A DNA stretch of 64,000 bases from Amphiscolops sp. MND2022 (lineage: Eukaryota), in contig OZ076412.1 in NCBI GenBank assembly GCA_964187785.1, positions 70,556,001 to 70,620,000 of the forward strand, read 5' to 3'. Made by a program: the position numbers and the translations under genes. Under the pieces are notes generated by a model. It was not told the origin of the DNA. It did no database searches and saw only the letters and a program-made list of their open reading frames with translations. Positions 12,165-24,718 of this stretch are shown one piece after another; position 1 is the stretch's first letter; each line of letters opens with the position of its first letter.

Positions 12165-15100
12165 ATGAAATTCCTATATTTTCATGACTAGGGTAACATC
12201 TAATGAAATGAACATTATGTCAAAAACGTAGTTTTTTGGCAGTAGGAAATCTCGTTTATTGAAAAGTTCGAAATGACACATTTATTCCATTTTAGATAGA
12301 ATTTTCCGTATTTTTTAACAAGCAAAAGTTTCACCACTACCTAAACCAGGCGACGAAACCTAAATTACAAAAAAAATACAAAAATTTTGGGTTTCCATAA
12401 AAATTCCACGATTTTGCGCGACTCTAGGGAGAACCACGTTTATCACGGTTCTAGAACGTACGATTAGTAAAAGCAGCTGAGTAGGTTCACCAGAGAGTGT
12501 TTTGTTATTGCTTCATAGGTAAACTCGATGTTTACTTAGTCATCTTCATGTTGTAATTGTCCGAATCTATAACAGAACAGAGTTGATCTCTTAGGGCGAA
12601 GTTTATCAAGATTCACTTTATGGAAAAATAGTCTCAGACACTGAACTGAAAACCAAGTGTTGACAATCTTTAAACCCTCCCCAGTTTAGGTTTCATCGAA
12701 GACCGCTAAACGCAGAGACATAATATTTGGCACATGTAAACATGAAAAGTTGGGCTACCCACCAGAAAAGTTGCTAACGTAACCGAGATACACGGGCCCT
12801 CGGATGTTGGCACCGGAAGTGCAAGTGCAAAGGTTCGACCTCCCAGCTGGCACGTCGCCGAGGCTGGAAATAATGCATGTTATATATGGAACTGATAGCC
12901 CATATAACATTAGGCCATTTGCCTAAACGTTCTTAACCGCAAATCACCTGTATGTGGAGCACTGACCCTAAGTAAACAAATACTGAATGATATGTAAACC
13001 TTCACAAGTTGAATCATTGATCACAAAACTTGCCTTAAATTTTCACCTCCAACCCATAGTAAAATACACGAAAGTTACATTGATCAGCACAATCGGCGAG
13101 ACGGAGGAGTGATAGTTGTTTGAGAAACGTGGAATCAGACGTCCGACGCTGGCAGAAGAGATGCAATTGTTTGTGGCTTGTAATGTCGTAGTCGAACCGC
13201 AATGGCAATTGTAGTCGATTGCTAGCACGAATAGAACTGTGTAGCTGCTTTAAGTAAACGAACCGTTTCAATGAACAAAAATGTGCGACTCATATAATTC
13301 GGAGACTATTAACCCCAGATCTCTAAAACCCAGCATATATGAACGTTAGACGACACGGAGAAGCTTCAAGGTCATAGTCGGGCCTCAAGGGCATCTCAGT
13401 GCGCAACCTCCGACCATCTGGAAAACATACGACTAAACATGTGAATCAGCTTCATTTGCGTGATAATTGATGCACTTCACTTATTAGAGAGAATTCACCA
13501 TGAGCCACACAATGATTGCGAAGCACAGCCACTTGTAGAAAATATTTGAAACATGTAAGCAAAGCCATTGAACAGTCTTCGCTACTTTGGAAATACCTTG
13601 GCGGACTTCAATTGTCGTGGAATGTGAACTTCAGTCCGGTTGTTGAACTATTCTGTAGTGGCGGCAAAATATGTTTAGTCGAACTATAGATAAAGTTCAT
13701 AGTAGCGTTCGCTATAGAATAAAAGGATATAGAATCAAAAAAAGTGACCACAGTGCAAACTTAAGCGGTCGCTCAGTAATACTTATGTCAGGTATCATAA
13801 ATTGTGAAGAAGTTAATCTGAGAAGTTTGAACAATTGCCGCGAACCACAAATTCTAGTCGCGGACGATGACGGAACCTTCAACTTTTTTCCTTAGAATGG
13901 AAAATATATAGCAGACAAAATATTTCTCAAACGTTTCTCAACAAAAAGATTCGGAAATTTCTATATTTTCATGACTAAGGTAACATCTAATGAAATGAAC
14001 AATAATTCAAAAACATCGTTTTTTTGACAGTAGGACTTCTCGTTTATTCAAAAGTTTGAAATGGCACATTTATTCCATTTTAGACAGAACTTTCCTGGTT
14101 TTCTTACAAGCAAAAGTTTCACCACTACTTAAACCAGGCGACGAAACCTAAATTACAAAAAAAACTACAAAAAATTTGAGCTTCCATAAAATTCCACAGT
14201 TTTGCGCGACTCTAGAGAGAACCACGTTTATCACGGTTCTAGAACGTACAATTAGTAAAAGCAGCTGAGTAGGTTCACCAGAGAGTCTTTTGTTATTGCT
14301 TCTTCTGCAAACTCGATGTTTACTTAGTCATCTTCATGTTGTAATTGTCCGAATCTATAACAGAACAGAGTTGATCTCTTAGGGCGAAGTTTATCAAGAT
14401 TCACTTTATAGAAAAATAGTCTCAGACAATGAACTGAAATCCAGGTGTTGACAATCTTTAAACCCTCCCCAGTTTAGGTTTTATCGAAGACCGCTAATCG
14501 CAGAGACACGATATTTGGCACACGTAAACATGAAAAGTTGGGCTACCTACCGAAAAAGTTGGTAACGGAACCGAGACACACGGGCCCTCGGCTGTTGGCA
14601 CCGGAAGTGAAAGTGCAAAAGTTCGACCTCCCAGCTGGCACGTCGCCGAGGCTGGAAATAATGCATGTTATATATGGAACTGATAGCCCATATAACATTA
14701 GGCCATTTGCCTAAACGTTCTTAACCGCAAATCACCTGTATGTGGAGCACTGACCCTAAGTAAACAAATACTGAATGATATGTAAACCTTCACAAATTGA
14801 ATCATTGATCACAAAACTTGCCCTAAATGTTCACCCCCATAGTAAAATACACGAAAGTTACACTGATCAGCACAATCGACAAGGCGGAGGAGTGATAGTT
14901 GTTTGAGAAACATGGAATCAGACGTCCGACGCTGGCAGAAGAGATGCAATTGATCGTGGCTTGTGATGTCGTAGTCGAAACGCAAAAGCAATTGTAGACG
15001 ATTGCTACCACGAATAGAACTGTGTAGCTGCTTTAAGTAAACGAACCGTTTCAATGAACAAAAATGTGCGATTCATATAATTCGGAGACTATTAACCCCA

Positions 15101-15600
15101 GATCTCTAAAACCCAGCATATATGAACGTTAGACGACACGGAGAAGCTTCAAGGACATAGGCGGGCCTCAAGGGCATCTCAGTGCGCAACCTACCTCCGA
15201 CCATCTGGAAAACATACGACTAAACATGCGAATCAGCGTCATTTGCGTGATATTTGATGCACTTCACTTAGTAGAGAGAATTCACCATGAGCCACACAAT
15301 GACTGCGAAGCACAGCCACTTGTTGAAAAGATTTGAAACATGTAAGCAAAGGCCATTGAACAGTCTTCGCTACTTTGGAAATAACTTGGAGGACTTCAAT
15401 TGTCGTGGAATGTGAACTTCAGTCCGGTTGTTGAACGATTCTGTAGTGGCGGTATAAAATGTTTAGTCGAAATATAGATAAAGTTGATACTAGCGTTCGC
15501 TATAGAATAAAAGGATACAGAATCATAAAAGTGACCACAGTGCAAACTTAAGCGGTAGCTCAGAATACTAATGTCAGGTATGATAAATTGTGAAGATGAT
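12165..15600. repeat. Tandem direct duplication, unit ~1.79 kb, two copies
   Basis: 12165-~13810 aligns with 13953-~15600 (e.g. ttttcatgacta-ggtaacatctaatgaaatgaac at both starts, gtgaccacagtgcaaacttaagcggt at both ends). Roughly 90% identity by eye. Confidence 0.9.
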
Positions 15601-16057
15601 TCCACTAGAAACGTGCGATAAATAAATACAAGACGCCCGCTAAGCACCGGGATATTTTCCTCCCTTTTCGCCTTCATCACTTGAGCCATAACTATTTTGG
15701 GTGGGGAATAGGATCTAAATAATAAGATCTAAAATTTAGTGATTTTAGATCTTATTCCATTTAGATCTTATTCCCGTCCTGAAATTTTAGATCTTATTCC
15801 CTTTGGATCCTAATCCCATTTTCGACTTTAGATCTTATTCCCCCTCCTACTAAAATAGTCAAGTATCCAAATAGTCAAGCAACTAAATAGTCAAGTAATG
15901 GAGCGTGGAGACTTGGCAGAATTTGTAAAAAAAACGCAACACAGATGAGGATTTTCCTCCCCATTAAAAATGTGGGTCGGAAAATAATAACTGAGGATGA
16001 AATGGAATCTAATGGAACAACCAGAACCGAGTAGAAAGCTAACAAGGAGATAAGGTC

Positions 16058-16749
16058 TTTTTTAGTCGGCGCTTCATGAAGTGAAACGCGACTATTATAG
16101 TGACTCTTTTTTTTTCTATCCACACGAACTGACCAAAATAGTTCTTAAAAGTTCTACAAAATATTATGGTGTCAAATAGCACCATTTGGCCTAGCGAACT
16201 GGACCAAAATGGTTTTACCTGTTTTTCCGCGTAACATATCATACCGGGCGAGACCAAAGAGTCCCCCCTTTCAATTTTTTTCGGCACTGCGAGACATTTT
16301 TTTTCGGATTTTTTTTCGAAAATTTTTTTTCCGCAAAAGGCCCCCTGCATTTTTTTTTGATGTTTTGCGACAGAATGGATGTTGGAAAATCCCAAAGGGT
16401 TCCTCCTTTCAGTTTTTTTCGGCATTGTGAGATTTTCTCCCGAAAATAAAAAAAAAATTTTTCATCAATTTTTTCATGTTTTGCGAAAGAATGGATGTTG
16501 AAAAACCTCAAAGGGTCCCCCCTTTCAGTTTTTCGGCATTGTGAGACGTTAGCGCGCCAGGGGCTCGCGGTAGCGAGCCCCGGCGCGCCTTTCGGTCCAT
16601 TTTTTTACTATGTAATTTTTTTCAAAAAAAAATTTTTCGAAAAATTTTCGAGTTTCGACTACTGTAAACGAATACTTGACACTTGGAAGTCTTTTTGCTA
16701 TTTTTGAGCCTTGGATATGGCGCCGACTTGGGCCGGTCCCGGCTTGTTT
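16058..16749 (-). mobile_element. Helentron-associated (HINE/DINE-1-like) non-autonomous element
   Basis: Subterminal inverted repeats AGTCGGCGC (16064) and GCGCCGACT (16720), an AACAAG terminus on the - strand, T-run at the other end, internal ~110-bp tandem units (16240-16550) and a GC hairpin at 16552-16588. Confidence 0.55.
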
Positions 16750-16969
16750 AGATTATACTCGCGCTTCTCGCATGCGAAGATAGAGTTTGAAACTGTCTCT
16801 GAAAACCGTGATTCAGATGAAGTTGCTTTGTAGCTTACAGAGCTGGAATACTGAAGTCTAAGGGTAGCTGAATCGTGGATCTCGATCTTTGATATCTTGA
16901 TCGATGAGTATAAAGGGTCGACTTGATTGCCACTATTAAAAGTATTGAGATGTTTGATTTTCTCTTTTC

Positions 16970-17280
16970 TTGATCGATCGGGTGGCGACGAAGATCACAT
17001 CGGAGAGAAAACTAGCCGAACAAATCCTTTCTGATAGAGTGAGGTCTTTGGAAAAATTTGGAAATCCAAAATCTCTACACACCCTTATTGATTCATCGGG
17101 AGCCTTTCATATAGTAGATTATGAAATTTTACAAGCGAGATTGGAGCAATATGGAGATAAGCGCTATGTTTTATTGTTTATGCAATTCTTTCTGGAAAGA
17201 AGAAAACAATACGTGAAATATATTCATCAGAGTCTGGCCTTGGGTTAAAAATACCCCAAGGTGTTCCCCGAGAACTTACT
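16970..17280 (+). pseudogene. Non-LTR (CR1/L2/Jockey-like) reverse transcriptase fragment
   Basis: IDSSGAFHIVDYEILQARLEQYG...FLERRKQYVK resembles the LINE RT motif DLSKAFDTVDHxILLxKLxxYG...YLxxRxQYV. A PQGVP-like remnant follows near 17255. Confidence 0.7.
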
Positions 17281-18584
17281 TTCAAGCCTTCTGAATAGCT
17301 GCGCTTTGGATAACTGGTTGTTTGGTTTTGGAATTTTTTGTTATTTTCCGACCCCGCATTTTATAAATGGGGGAGGAAAATCATGATCTGTGACGCGTTT
17401 TGTTTCCAAATTTTGCCAAATCTCCACAATCTCCACTTTTTGATAACTTGACTATTTTATATAGCTACTAGTAACGAAAATATTCAAGTAACTAAAATAG
17501 GATACAGCGGGAATAATATCTAAAATCAAAAAAGGGAAAAAGATCTAAAGGGATTAAGATCTAAAATTTCAGTGCGGGAAAAAGATCTAAAAGGAATAAG
17601 ATCTAAAATCACTAAATTTTAGATCTTATTCTTTAGATCCTATTCCCCCCTCCTAAAATAGCTATGGCTCAGTTGGTGAAGGCGAACAGGGCGGAAAATA
17701 TCCCGGTGATTAGCGGAAACATTCAAAATCAAATCGGTACAAAGCGGTGCAATTGAATGGTCAAAAAATGGACTATCAGTTCCATTTTCTGCCCTAAGAA
17801 GTCTAGACAAGGCGCCTGCTGAGCGCGGAGATAAATTCAGCTAGTGTAGCCAATAAATTTACGCCAAAACGTTGGTAACATTAAATTTTGTACCAAAAAC
17901 AAAATTGTTGAAGAGATAATTTTGCCGTTGAATCTGGTGGTTATCCACATTAATGAGAACGTTCAGATATTCTACAAAACTACATCAAAGGATCAAAATT
18001 TCACAAATTGAAGGATTTCCGGCCTATTTGGAGCAATTTGGTACTCACTTTGGAAGAAAATTGTTTCAGATTGATTGTATGCAGGGAAAACTTTGACCAG
18101 TAACGAGTTTAGTTGGGTCTGGGTACCAATGCAATTTAGTGAGCGTAATAATCAGCCAACAAGATTTTTCTGTTTTCTCTAATTCCACACAAAGATTCTT
18201 AGTGAATGTGGGTATTATAAATGGTTGATTTTTATATATGAATATAAATAAATTGCACGGGGTGCGTATTGAATAGGGTATATAAAGGAACCCAGTCAAC
18301 GAAAATCAATTAGACAAGTCCTCGGGTGTTCGAAAAGTGCATCGAAAATTTCGCGGTAGAAAATTAATAAGGTTTTCATCTTCAATTGCCTAGGAAAAGC
18401 TGTAGCGGAATGACCTCCCCATTTCGTCTGTCTGGGAATTGGGTGTGGTTCATTTCACTGTGACCACAGTTTCCTGATACCTCTGGGCGATTGTACTGGG
18501 GAGTAACTACTTTATCGTGCAGAACTTGTTGCCAACCGGCATAATCGAACTAGCACTGAACCTCAATCATGTTGTGTAACACGC

Positions 18585-19532
18585 TTGGGAGAATTGCAAA
18601 CTGCTACATTACGTCAATTGTCTACAGAGGACTTACTGATTCGTCTCAATCTCCGAACGGATCTAGATGCTGCCGCCAAAGCCAAGGCTGAGAGACAGTT
18701 GGGCGAGCAGAAGACTACTGAGGCAGCTAAGACTGAACTTGCAGCTACTTTCAAAGAAGAGTTTGCTCGTCGAGCACGGGGTTACCTTGTGTCCTTACTT
18801 GAGGAGTTCTTAAACCATATCAGTCTCAATGCCGATATTGTCAAGGGAATGGCCACGTTCGATCCTCATATATTCTTGGGCAGTTCCATGGAGCAGGCTA
18901 CTTTCTGTTTCGCCCCCTTGTTTCGCAGTTTCAGTTTGCGTGGCTGGTTGGAAGGTTTCCCTGAGGCCGACTGTAGAGATGAGTACATGGAATTTTTCGA
19001 TCATTTCCGACACACTTACTCTGCTCTGAAGGGCTCTGAGCGGATCACGGACATGGTGGATTTGTTTATCTCGATGCCCGAACGTCAAAACCGGCCCCAT
19101 TTATGTCGCTTGTTCCGACTGAGCTGCTTGTGTTTAGGCGAAGATACAGCCTTGTTACCGCCTATCAAGTTCCAAGATGTTGTCGCCCAAAGTTCACGTT
19201 GTCGACTTAGTGATGTTTTGTTGCCATCACAGTCTTATTTGACAGTGGTCCCTAATGGTATTGCCAAATGCACGAGTGAGGCTTCACTGGCTAAATACAA
19301 AGAACTTGAGCGACAATTCAACTCTGGAAATGTACCTAGCGACCCTTGGTCGCACGTAGATTCTTTTGAGCGTGAAAAATTCCAGAAAGTGTTAACTTCC
19401 GTTTACAAAGCTTCATACCGAGGGCCCAAGCCTACTGCTTCTAGTCGTTCCGCCTCTGAGTCAGAGTCGACTTCCTCTACACATTCTCCTAGCAAGGCTG
19501 AGGCTGGTCGGAAGGTCGTTTTTGGAGATTAG
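18585..19532 (+). CDS. Terminal exon of element D antisense hAT-like gene (open 315 codons)
   Basis: ARGYLVSLL...IVKGMATFDP and LFRLSCLCL match ORF 37880-39073 (ARSYVIFL...IVKGLGSFDL, IFRLSCLCL). Confidence 0.8.
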   Translation: MGELQTATLRQLSTEDLLIRLNLRTDLDAAAKAKAERQLGEQKTTEAAKTELAATFKEEFARRARGYLVSLLEEFLNHISLNADIVKGMATFDPHIFLGSSMEQATFCFAPLFRSFSLRGWLEGFPEADCRDEYMEFFDHFRHTYSALKGSERITDMVDLFISMPERQNRPHLCRLFRLSCLCLGEDTALLPPIKFQDVVAQSSRCRLSDVLLPSQSYLTVVPNGIAKCTSEASLAKYKELERQFNSGNVPSDPWSHVDSFEREKFQKVLTSVYKASYRGPKPTASSRSASESESTSSTHSPSKAEAGRKVVFGD

Positions 19533-19895
19533 TATACTCATGGAGTCAGTAACACAGGAAAAGGGGTTCGTTTCAGCCCTTCAAAACCGAGTACCTCTAA
19601 AGACTTATTGTACATAGTGTACATTTGTTTCATTCTGTTGTTCTATTTGTACTTTTTTTATCTGAGTTTTAGCAGTTTTCTTGGCTTCTTTTTGTATTAT
19701 ACGCCATTGTATCCTTTGTTGTAAATTTTCAATATATATCGGCTGTGGTCCAGTTGTGGCTTTGTATTATTCGCCTTCAAGTCTGTTTGTCGTTGTATAT
19801 ATTTATATAAACAAATGCAGTCAGAATAGTGCAAAGTAAAAATACATGTCCTTCGAGGACAGATAGCAAAAAGGACTTGCAATTTAAAATTCTGA

Positions 19896-22800
19896 CTAGT
19901 ATCTGTATTCATCAGAAAAGTTGGTGGTGGGGTTACGTCGAAGGTTGTATTTCCCTCCTCTAGGGCTCGAATTTTCCTCAGATTTTTCATTTACCGATAT
20001 TCCGGGCACGGTAATATCCGCGCCTTCAATTGAAACGTTTTCCGCATCGTTTAAATCATTAGTGACGTCATTTTCATGTTCAGTCCCGCTAGGCGATTCG
20101 TTAATCGTGGACGTCGCGTCATGGCTGCTGGCCGGTCTCGGCCTTATTTCGTTCTCGCTGACGTCATAGTCATTCTTTTTCTCGCTGCTATGTTGGCTTT
20201 CTTTTATGCTGCTGATTTCATCCTCGGTGACGTAAGCATCTACTTCGCCGCTCGTAGCGACGTTCGGTAGTCGTATGGCCGTGTCCGGTCAATTATCTTT
20301 TCTCGTTTCAAGCAGCTCGTAATCGAAGTCTACTTCCCATGAAATAGTATACAAGTTGTCTTGCGGTTATTACTATCTCTTCATCAGGCTGTAATTTTTC
20401 ACCAGAGAAACTGTCCTGTAAGGGCGTATTAGGTACAAATTTTTAAAGTCTATTCCGGTGTATTATATGCGTTTTATTGGTATTTACCCGACGCACAATA
20501 TAATTGTCGTTTGACCAGACCTTTTGAATGACAATAGGGCCAATCCACCGATAGTCTCTAAACCTAAACTTGAGAGGTATGTAGTATTATTATTGAGCAC
20601 AGCTAATGGCAGGTATTTGTGACATTGAGGTCGATATTCCCCTGAGGCCATTTTCAAGTTTGTTTCGAGAAAGGCGTGAGTCCTTTCCAATTTGCCATTT
20701 GTTTGCGGGTGTTTTGTAGTAGCGCATTTGAATGTTATACCCAAGTTTTGTGTATTTCTGCTACGATCGTTGAAGTAAATGCGGACCCTTTGTCCATGAT
20801 GAGGGTTGTTGGCAGGTATGAATGCTTTGTTATGATATCAATTAGCACCTTGACTACATTTGCGGCTGTTGCCTCAATTAGCGGGTATGCGAACAAGTAT
20901 CTTGGAAAAACATCAATCGCCGTCATCACCGACTGGTATCCGCCACTGGTAGATAAATTTGACAATAAATCAATTTGCACGGCATCCTCTGGACCAAGGT
21001 CCCATTCTGGCAAGTTAACTAATTCCGATGTTATTGCGTTGTTTGCGACACGTTTATCCTTGGCACATACTTCGCATCCTTCTACCCATTTTTGGCATGT
21101 TTTGTTTTCCCTGGGTAGTAATTTGTTGAGCGAATTTACTGCAGCATTTTTGATATGCCAGGGTGCTTGTGTGTGGTGCTATCTAATGCGAGTAAAAGGT
21201 CTTTCAACAAGTGTTTAGGAAGTAGTATTTGGTGATATTTGACCTGACCATTTCATCGTAAAATTGTCTCGTGATTACTTTGTCCTTGAGGACTATACGG
21301 TCTGAGTGTTTCAAGTAATGCTTGTACCGTATGTCCTGTTGGAGAATTTCTTCAGAATATTCTTCATTCTGTATTTTCACTTTGAGTTGGCGCAGTATGG
21401 GGTCTCTAGCCTGCTCCATAAGTATCTGATTAGTTCGTCGTAATTTTTGGGAGAAACTGGTGATTTCATCCACATTGTTCTCGGATATGGCATCAATGTG
21501 TATTACAGCCTCGTCGAATTTATTTCCTTCTTTGGATGTTCGCTTGCGCTCCCAAATTTGTTCTTCTCTTTCGTCTCCTTCTTCAGTGAGGAATACTTGT
21601 TCTTGCTCGGACACTCCGGCCGATTGAAAATTGACCTCTGGCCTGGCTTCAACATCCTCTCATCTTTTTAGGGTTACGTTCTCATTAGGATCCTTTTCCA
21701 TACGAGACAAGTAATCCACCGCTGTGTTGTTTTTGCCCGAAGCGTGGGCTATGATAAAGTTGAACTGAATCACATAGTCTTATGCGTTCCAGAGTGTCGG
21801 TGGTATAATTTTTGTCTGGAAGAACCGTGTGACCAATTTGTTGTCTCTGAGGATAATTATCGGTTTAGGCGTCTCCCAGAAAAAGTGTCCAAACTCTTTG
21901 AATGCGTAATATTTTGATAGGAATTCATTTGCATATAATGACATCTTGAGTTGCGGAGGAGTTAAAATCTTTGATCCATAAGCAATGGGTGCGTAGGACT
22001 TTTTGACAGAAGTGAACTTTTTATTTGGGTCGACTTCGGTCAGGATGGCGTGACCGACAGCCATGAAGCTGGCGTCTGACATCAGGACCAGTTGTTTGTC
22101 CGGCAATGGCTGCTTCAATGCTAGTTGGCTAAACGAGTCGAGATCCTTTTTGATTTCATTGAATTGTTGTATAGTTGCGTGGTCACTAGGACCTTCACGT
22201 CTTTTTTAAAGAGTTGGAAGATTGGTGCCAGTTTTTCGGATAATCTTGGAAAATAATTTCTGTAGTATTTGATAAAACCAAGGTAACTTTACAAGGCCCT
22301 CTTGGACTTCCAAATTTTTGTCTTATCCAAGAAGTTAGTTATTCTTTCCTTCTGGGGCTTGACACCCTCTGAATGATGGTTCGTCCCAAAAAATCAAATT
22401 CAGTTGCGCAAAACTTGCACTTGTGCATTGTCACTTTTGATCCGGCTTCTCTGATGCATTCAAAGGTCGCCCTCAAATTTTTAATGAGATGGCCGGAGTC
22501 ATTAGCTGCAATTCCGATGTCGTGGACATATTGGGCGCATTGGTCTGCTTTGATAACTCGGTCAAGGTGTTCCCCCATGAAGCTGGAAAAGACCAATAGG
22601 GCTCTACTAATTCCCTGAGCCAATCGTCTATAGGCGGAAGTCCTGCTTGCAAAGTTAAATGCCAGCATTTCTTTGGACATCTGGTCCGCCATCTGAAGAC
22701 AGTGATAGGCCTGGGAACAACGTAGTTTGCAGAAAAGCTTCCTTCCGGCTATATGCTGTGCAGCATCCGTCAGAGTACTGACCGGGTGGTTAATACTAAT

Positions 22801-24716
22801 GTAATCATCTGAAATGAGATTATTATTTTTCCTCAGGTCGACCAGTAGTCTGAGTTTACCATTGGTTGTTTTCTGCGGGAATATGGGACTGGCGTATTTA
22901 GGAAATGGCATAGTTGTAATAATGCCATTTTCAGGGAGTGACGCCAGCTCGACCAATATGTCCTCTTTTAAGTACACAGGGGTTGGCAAGCTTTGGCCGT
23001 AGGCTGGGGAATCATCTTTTGGGGGTCAGTTTGATAGTAAATTTTTCCTTCATGCCAATGTCGAGTCTTTGACGTGCGAATAAGTCATGAAATTCTTCCA
23101 AAAATTATTGAATCCTTTTGATCTCGTGCTGTTGTAGCCTTGAGTCCTTCCAGTCAAAGTTGCTGAGGTACTTGCGGCGCGATTCTTCGTCGTCATTCGG
23201 GTTCAGTTTTTCCGCTTCTTGCAAGCTACGTAATTCTCTGAGTATTCGTTGCTGTATGGGTGTATGAGACACTTCGTCTCCTGGCTTTTCGGGTGTTGGG
23301 AACCAATATTGTTCGTTTTGATCAATGTTCCGATTGGCTTTAAGGAGGCTGATGATGTATTGGATAGCGTCCTCTTCATTCTCGTGTAGTGAATGCCAGG
23401 TGGACACTGGGTCTATTGGTCTGACATGTTTCATTTGTTCGGGAGTCATAACTCAGAAGTTTGCAATATGCAATCCTTTTTTAAGATTGAAGGTTGATCA
23501 GTGAAATTATTGACGCGGTCCCTTGGTCCCTGGTCCCCATGGTCCCTTCATTTAGTGTGCCTACTGCGACGCAAAATATTACGTCGCCTTTCTCATGCAG
23601 AAGGTCACTATGTTGTAATATCCCTGTGACTGCGTTTTCTGCATAAATTTGAGAGTTTATTGTAATGACCGCATGGTCATTCGGTGGAATCGTCACACGT
23701 TCGGGGCTAAGCAGAGGTTACATGACGTTTGAGTACTTGTGGTTCGCCGTTTTCAGTTGCACGGAGAAATAGGGCAAGTTGAGGATACCTTGGGGCATGT
23801 CAAGGACTGTGTTGTTCCTTTGCAGAAACATAAGGCCAACTGTGGGGCTGAACAATCTCTCCAATACTATAAAGATTTCATGGAATTCGACGTCTCCCAC
23901 TTTGAATGGTGCTCTTTGAGGTTTCTAAGTCTCCATTTGCAACCATTATTTGAAATGAAAGAGCAGGGCCCTCTTTTATTACGGATTGAGGCGCGCGCTA
24001 GGAGGCGTATTTTTCAGAGGTCTGCTTCGGGTATTGCACTGGAGTGGCCCCAATGCAGTGTCTATCAGGCCATCTAAGGTTAGTCCTCCAAAGTCCATGG
24101 AGAAATATAGCATCCTTCGTTTGAATTTGAGGCCTAGGTTCGTTGATAGGGGGATATAAGCTGGTTCTCCCTCCTTTGTGACCAGAACATGCAAAAAAGC
24201 CTTTTCGTCTGAGAGACTGTTTTTGGCCTTGTATATTTGCTTCTCTTGATGTTCCTCTATACTTTCTTGGTGACTCGCTTCTGAATTCGTTTGCCACAGT
24301 TCTATGAGTGCCCTGGATAATTTGGTATCGAGAATTTCATGGTCGTCCTCATAGTCCGTTGGAGGATAATAGTCATGTCGAAAATGCAAATTTTCCCTAT
24401 CATTTAAATCATCATCCCAATACGGATCCTTTCCGTACTCAGGGTCAATGTATTTAAGGTTATAGTCATCGATCAATTGTAAAGGGCGAAATTGAGTCTC
24501 AAAGTCTTTAGTATAGTCCATTTCATTGTATCGGTCTGGGCGATCGGTGTGTACTACTTTATAAGTTTTGATGTAGGCCTTTTCCATCTGTTGCTGCCAG
24601 ACAACAGACGAGGTGCCAATGGTAACATTGATATAATGGCGAAAGTTAATAGTTGGAGGATCTAATATGACATATTGTCGGACTGACATATAGTCATGTA
24701 TTTGGAGTCGTCGCGA
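19896..24716 (-). pseudogene. pol: Element D pol (protease, RT, RNase H, integrase), frameshifted, deletion near 20550
   Basis: LDGLIDT, CAQYVHDIG, KQLVLMSDASF, IDVFPRYLFAYP and KLERTH. C-terminus GKYNLRRNPTTNFSDEYRY*. Confidence 0.92.
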
Positions 24717-24718
24717 AA

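Larger units (their letters stand above)
15637..17716. mobile_element. Non-autonomous long-TIR (foldback-like) DNA element, ~200-bp imperfect TIRs with TAGATCTTATTCC subrepeats
   Basis: 15637-~15835 (ccgctaagcaccgggatattttcc...) is the reverse complement of ~17520-17716. No TSD could be identified. Confidence 0.75.

Noticed and set aside
13035-15054. Duplicated short ORFs MKRFVYLKQLHSS
   Set aside because: They have no recognisable domain and simply reflect the 1.79-kb duplication.
16039-16707. Lys/Phe-rich ORFs
   Set aside because: They are translations of A/T-run tandem repeats.
17760-18400. Possible second HINE-like fragment (TAGACAAG motifs)
   Set aside because: Termini and subterminal repeats could not be defined.
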